Shown one piece after another: positions 62,619 through 64,000 of a stretch of DNA of 64,000 bases; position 1 is the first letter of the stretch, and each line of letters opens with the position of its first letter. The notes under the pieces were generated by a model. That model was not told the origin of the DNA and did not search any database. It saw only the letters and a list, made by a program, of their open reading frames with translations. Origin of the DNA: Ancylonema sp. (Eukaryota); NCBI GenBank assembly GCA_050230475.1, contig JBFLGF010000110.1, positions 1 through 64,000 of the forward strand, given 5' to 3'. The position numbers and the translations under genes were made by a program.

Positions 62619-64000
62619 TAATCGGAATTTTAATTGATCCAAATAGTCGGACTTGGTGAAACTCGTTGACTACTAACGAGTTCTCGAATACAATGTGGTT
62701 GGTGGATTTTTGGTTTTTATATACAATCTTATAACGCTCGCGAGACATATTGAAAGGGGCAAAGTAAGAAATACACGATTAACGTCGATGTTAATTATGA
62801 AAACATGTTGCAAACAATTATCGGAAATAAAAAAACTGATATTCGATATTAAAAGTTGTGACCAGGCATCGGCTCTCGGCGTGGTTAAAAAGGCTACGTA
62901 CGCGTATTGGCATACGATAATCGATGGTTGGCCACAAGTGCCGACCCCTCCACATCATACAAACACACCTTATGGCCGACCCTATAACGAGGATACTACC
63001 CGGTGTACCACCCATATCATGTGGACCACATGATAACCGTGCCCATGCCCAAGGACACCCCCTAATCGCATAATCGCGTTTAGATGGCATGCGAATCTAT
63101 GCCTAAAATGAAGTTCGATGACATTGAGAAGATGTTCATTTGAAAATGCACAATGTCGATTAAGCGAAGATCACATTTATGTTACGGTGGTCAACTCAAG
63201 ATTCAAAAAGATTTTTGAAGTCATTATTTCGTCTCCCTATAGAGTTTTGTGTCGATCGGTTAATTTGAAAATAATTTGGCTCAATTGGCTTCCAAACAAC
63301 ATTGTTTGGTATGAGTTTGGGCGATTGCCCTCATTGTCCTTGTAACTTAGCTTTATGATCGGAGTGTAGTGCAAGGCCGCATCTTTGATTCGATAGGCCC
63401 TTGTTGGATTCAGGTTGGGCTGCGTGCTAAGTAAGAGATATCACCGACGCCGTTCTTGCACGTGCGAATTAATATAAATAGAGTGTGTTAGTTCTTATAA
63501 TCGTGCATCTTGAAAGCTCCTACAATTTGTGAGCAGGCTTCTCATATATGCACATGGTAACATTCTTGACCACTTTACATACACATTCGCAACGTCTGCG
63601 GATGGCCGATGCCTAGAGGAAAGCAACTGTGGTCCGAGTGGCACCGGTATTTTGTTACAAGAAACGCATTATGTATATTGTATTTTGCAATATGAAAAGG
63701 GTGCTTTACCAATGGTTTATGATTGGCCACAAATACAATATGTGTAAGGGACAGCGACAGCAAGTCTAACGTTCCTTCAAATACCTTGATTGCGACTTTA
63801 ATTCAACATCCCACCTTTGCTTTGCTAACTCTCGTAGCCTTGTCTTCTTGTTTTTGTTGGAACTTGTCAAGACATTGTCTTGGTCCAAGTCTGCCTACAA
63901 AACATGCCTTGTAGGAAGTAATTATGCATATATTGTTTACACCATCTCTTCATTGCAAATATTGCTTTTAGCCTTAATGTTTATTTAAATTCCAAGGGCT

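Larger units (their letters stand above)
60000..62770. repeat. Long foldback palindrome: ~1.05 kb net arms around an 11-nt loop at 61424-61434
   Basis: Perfect 23-bp stem 61401-61423/61435-61457, then continuous imperfect reverse-complementarity out to ~60490/62655 and, skipping the MITEs, to ~60000/62770 (e.g. CGTTATAAGATTGT versus ACAATCTTATAACG). Confidence 0.92.

Overview
Eukaryotic, intron-rich nuclear DNA, most consistent with a streptophyte (charophyte alga or early land plant); this is inferred from plant-type host proteins, and the taxon cannot be fixed from sequence alone. Four spliced host genes could be reconstructed exon by exon: cyclophilin H/CYP22-type PPIase (5230-8703 +), a CxxCxxCC/YkgJ-type cysteine-cluster protein (11223-12299 -), exportin-2/CSE1 (13160-18899 +) and an SLC43/Fmp42-like MFS transporter (26334-29944 -). 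Most of the rest is decayed transposon sequence: three Ty1/copia elements on the minus strand (two carrying nested solo LTRs), several TIR/TSD-defined MITEs and a ~2.8 kb foldback palindrome. The highlight is a degenerate Ty3/gypsy element (~50500-57800 -) carrying a DNMT3/DRM-like C5-cytosine methyltransferase domain between protease and reverse transcriptase, in the same reading frame as the start of RT. All calls are by eye; no database searches were run.
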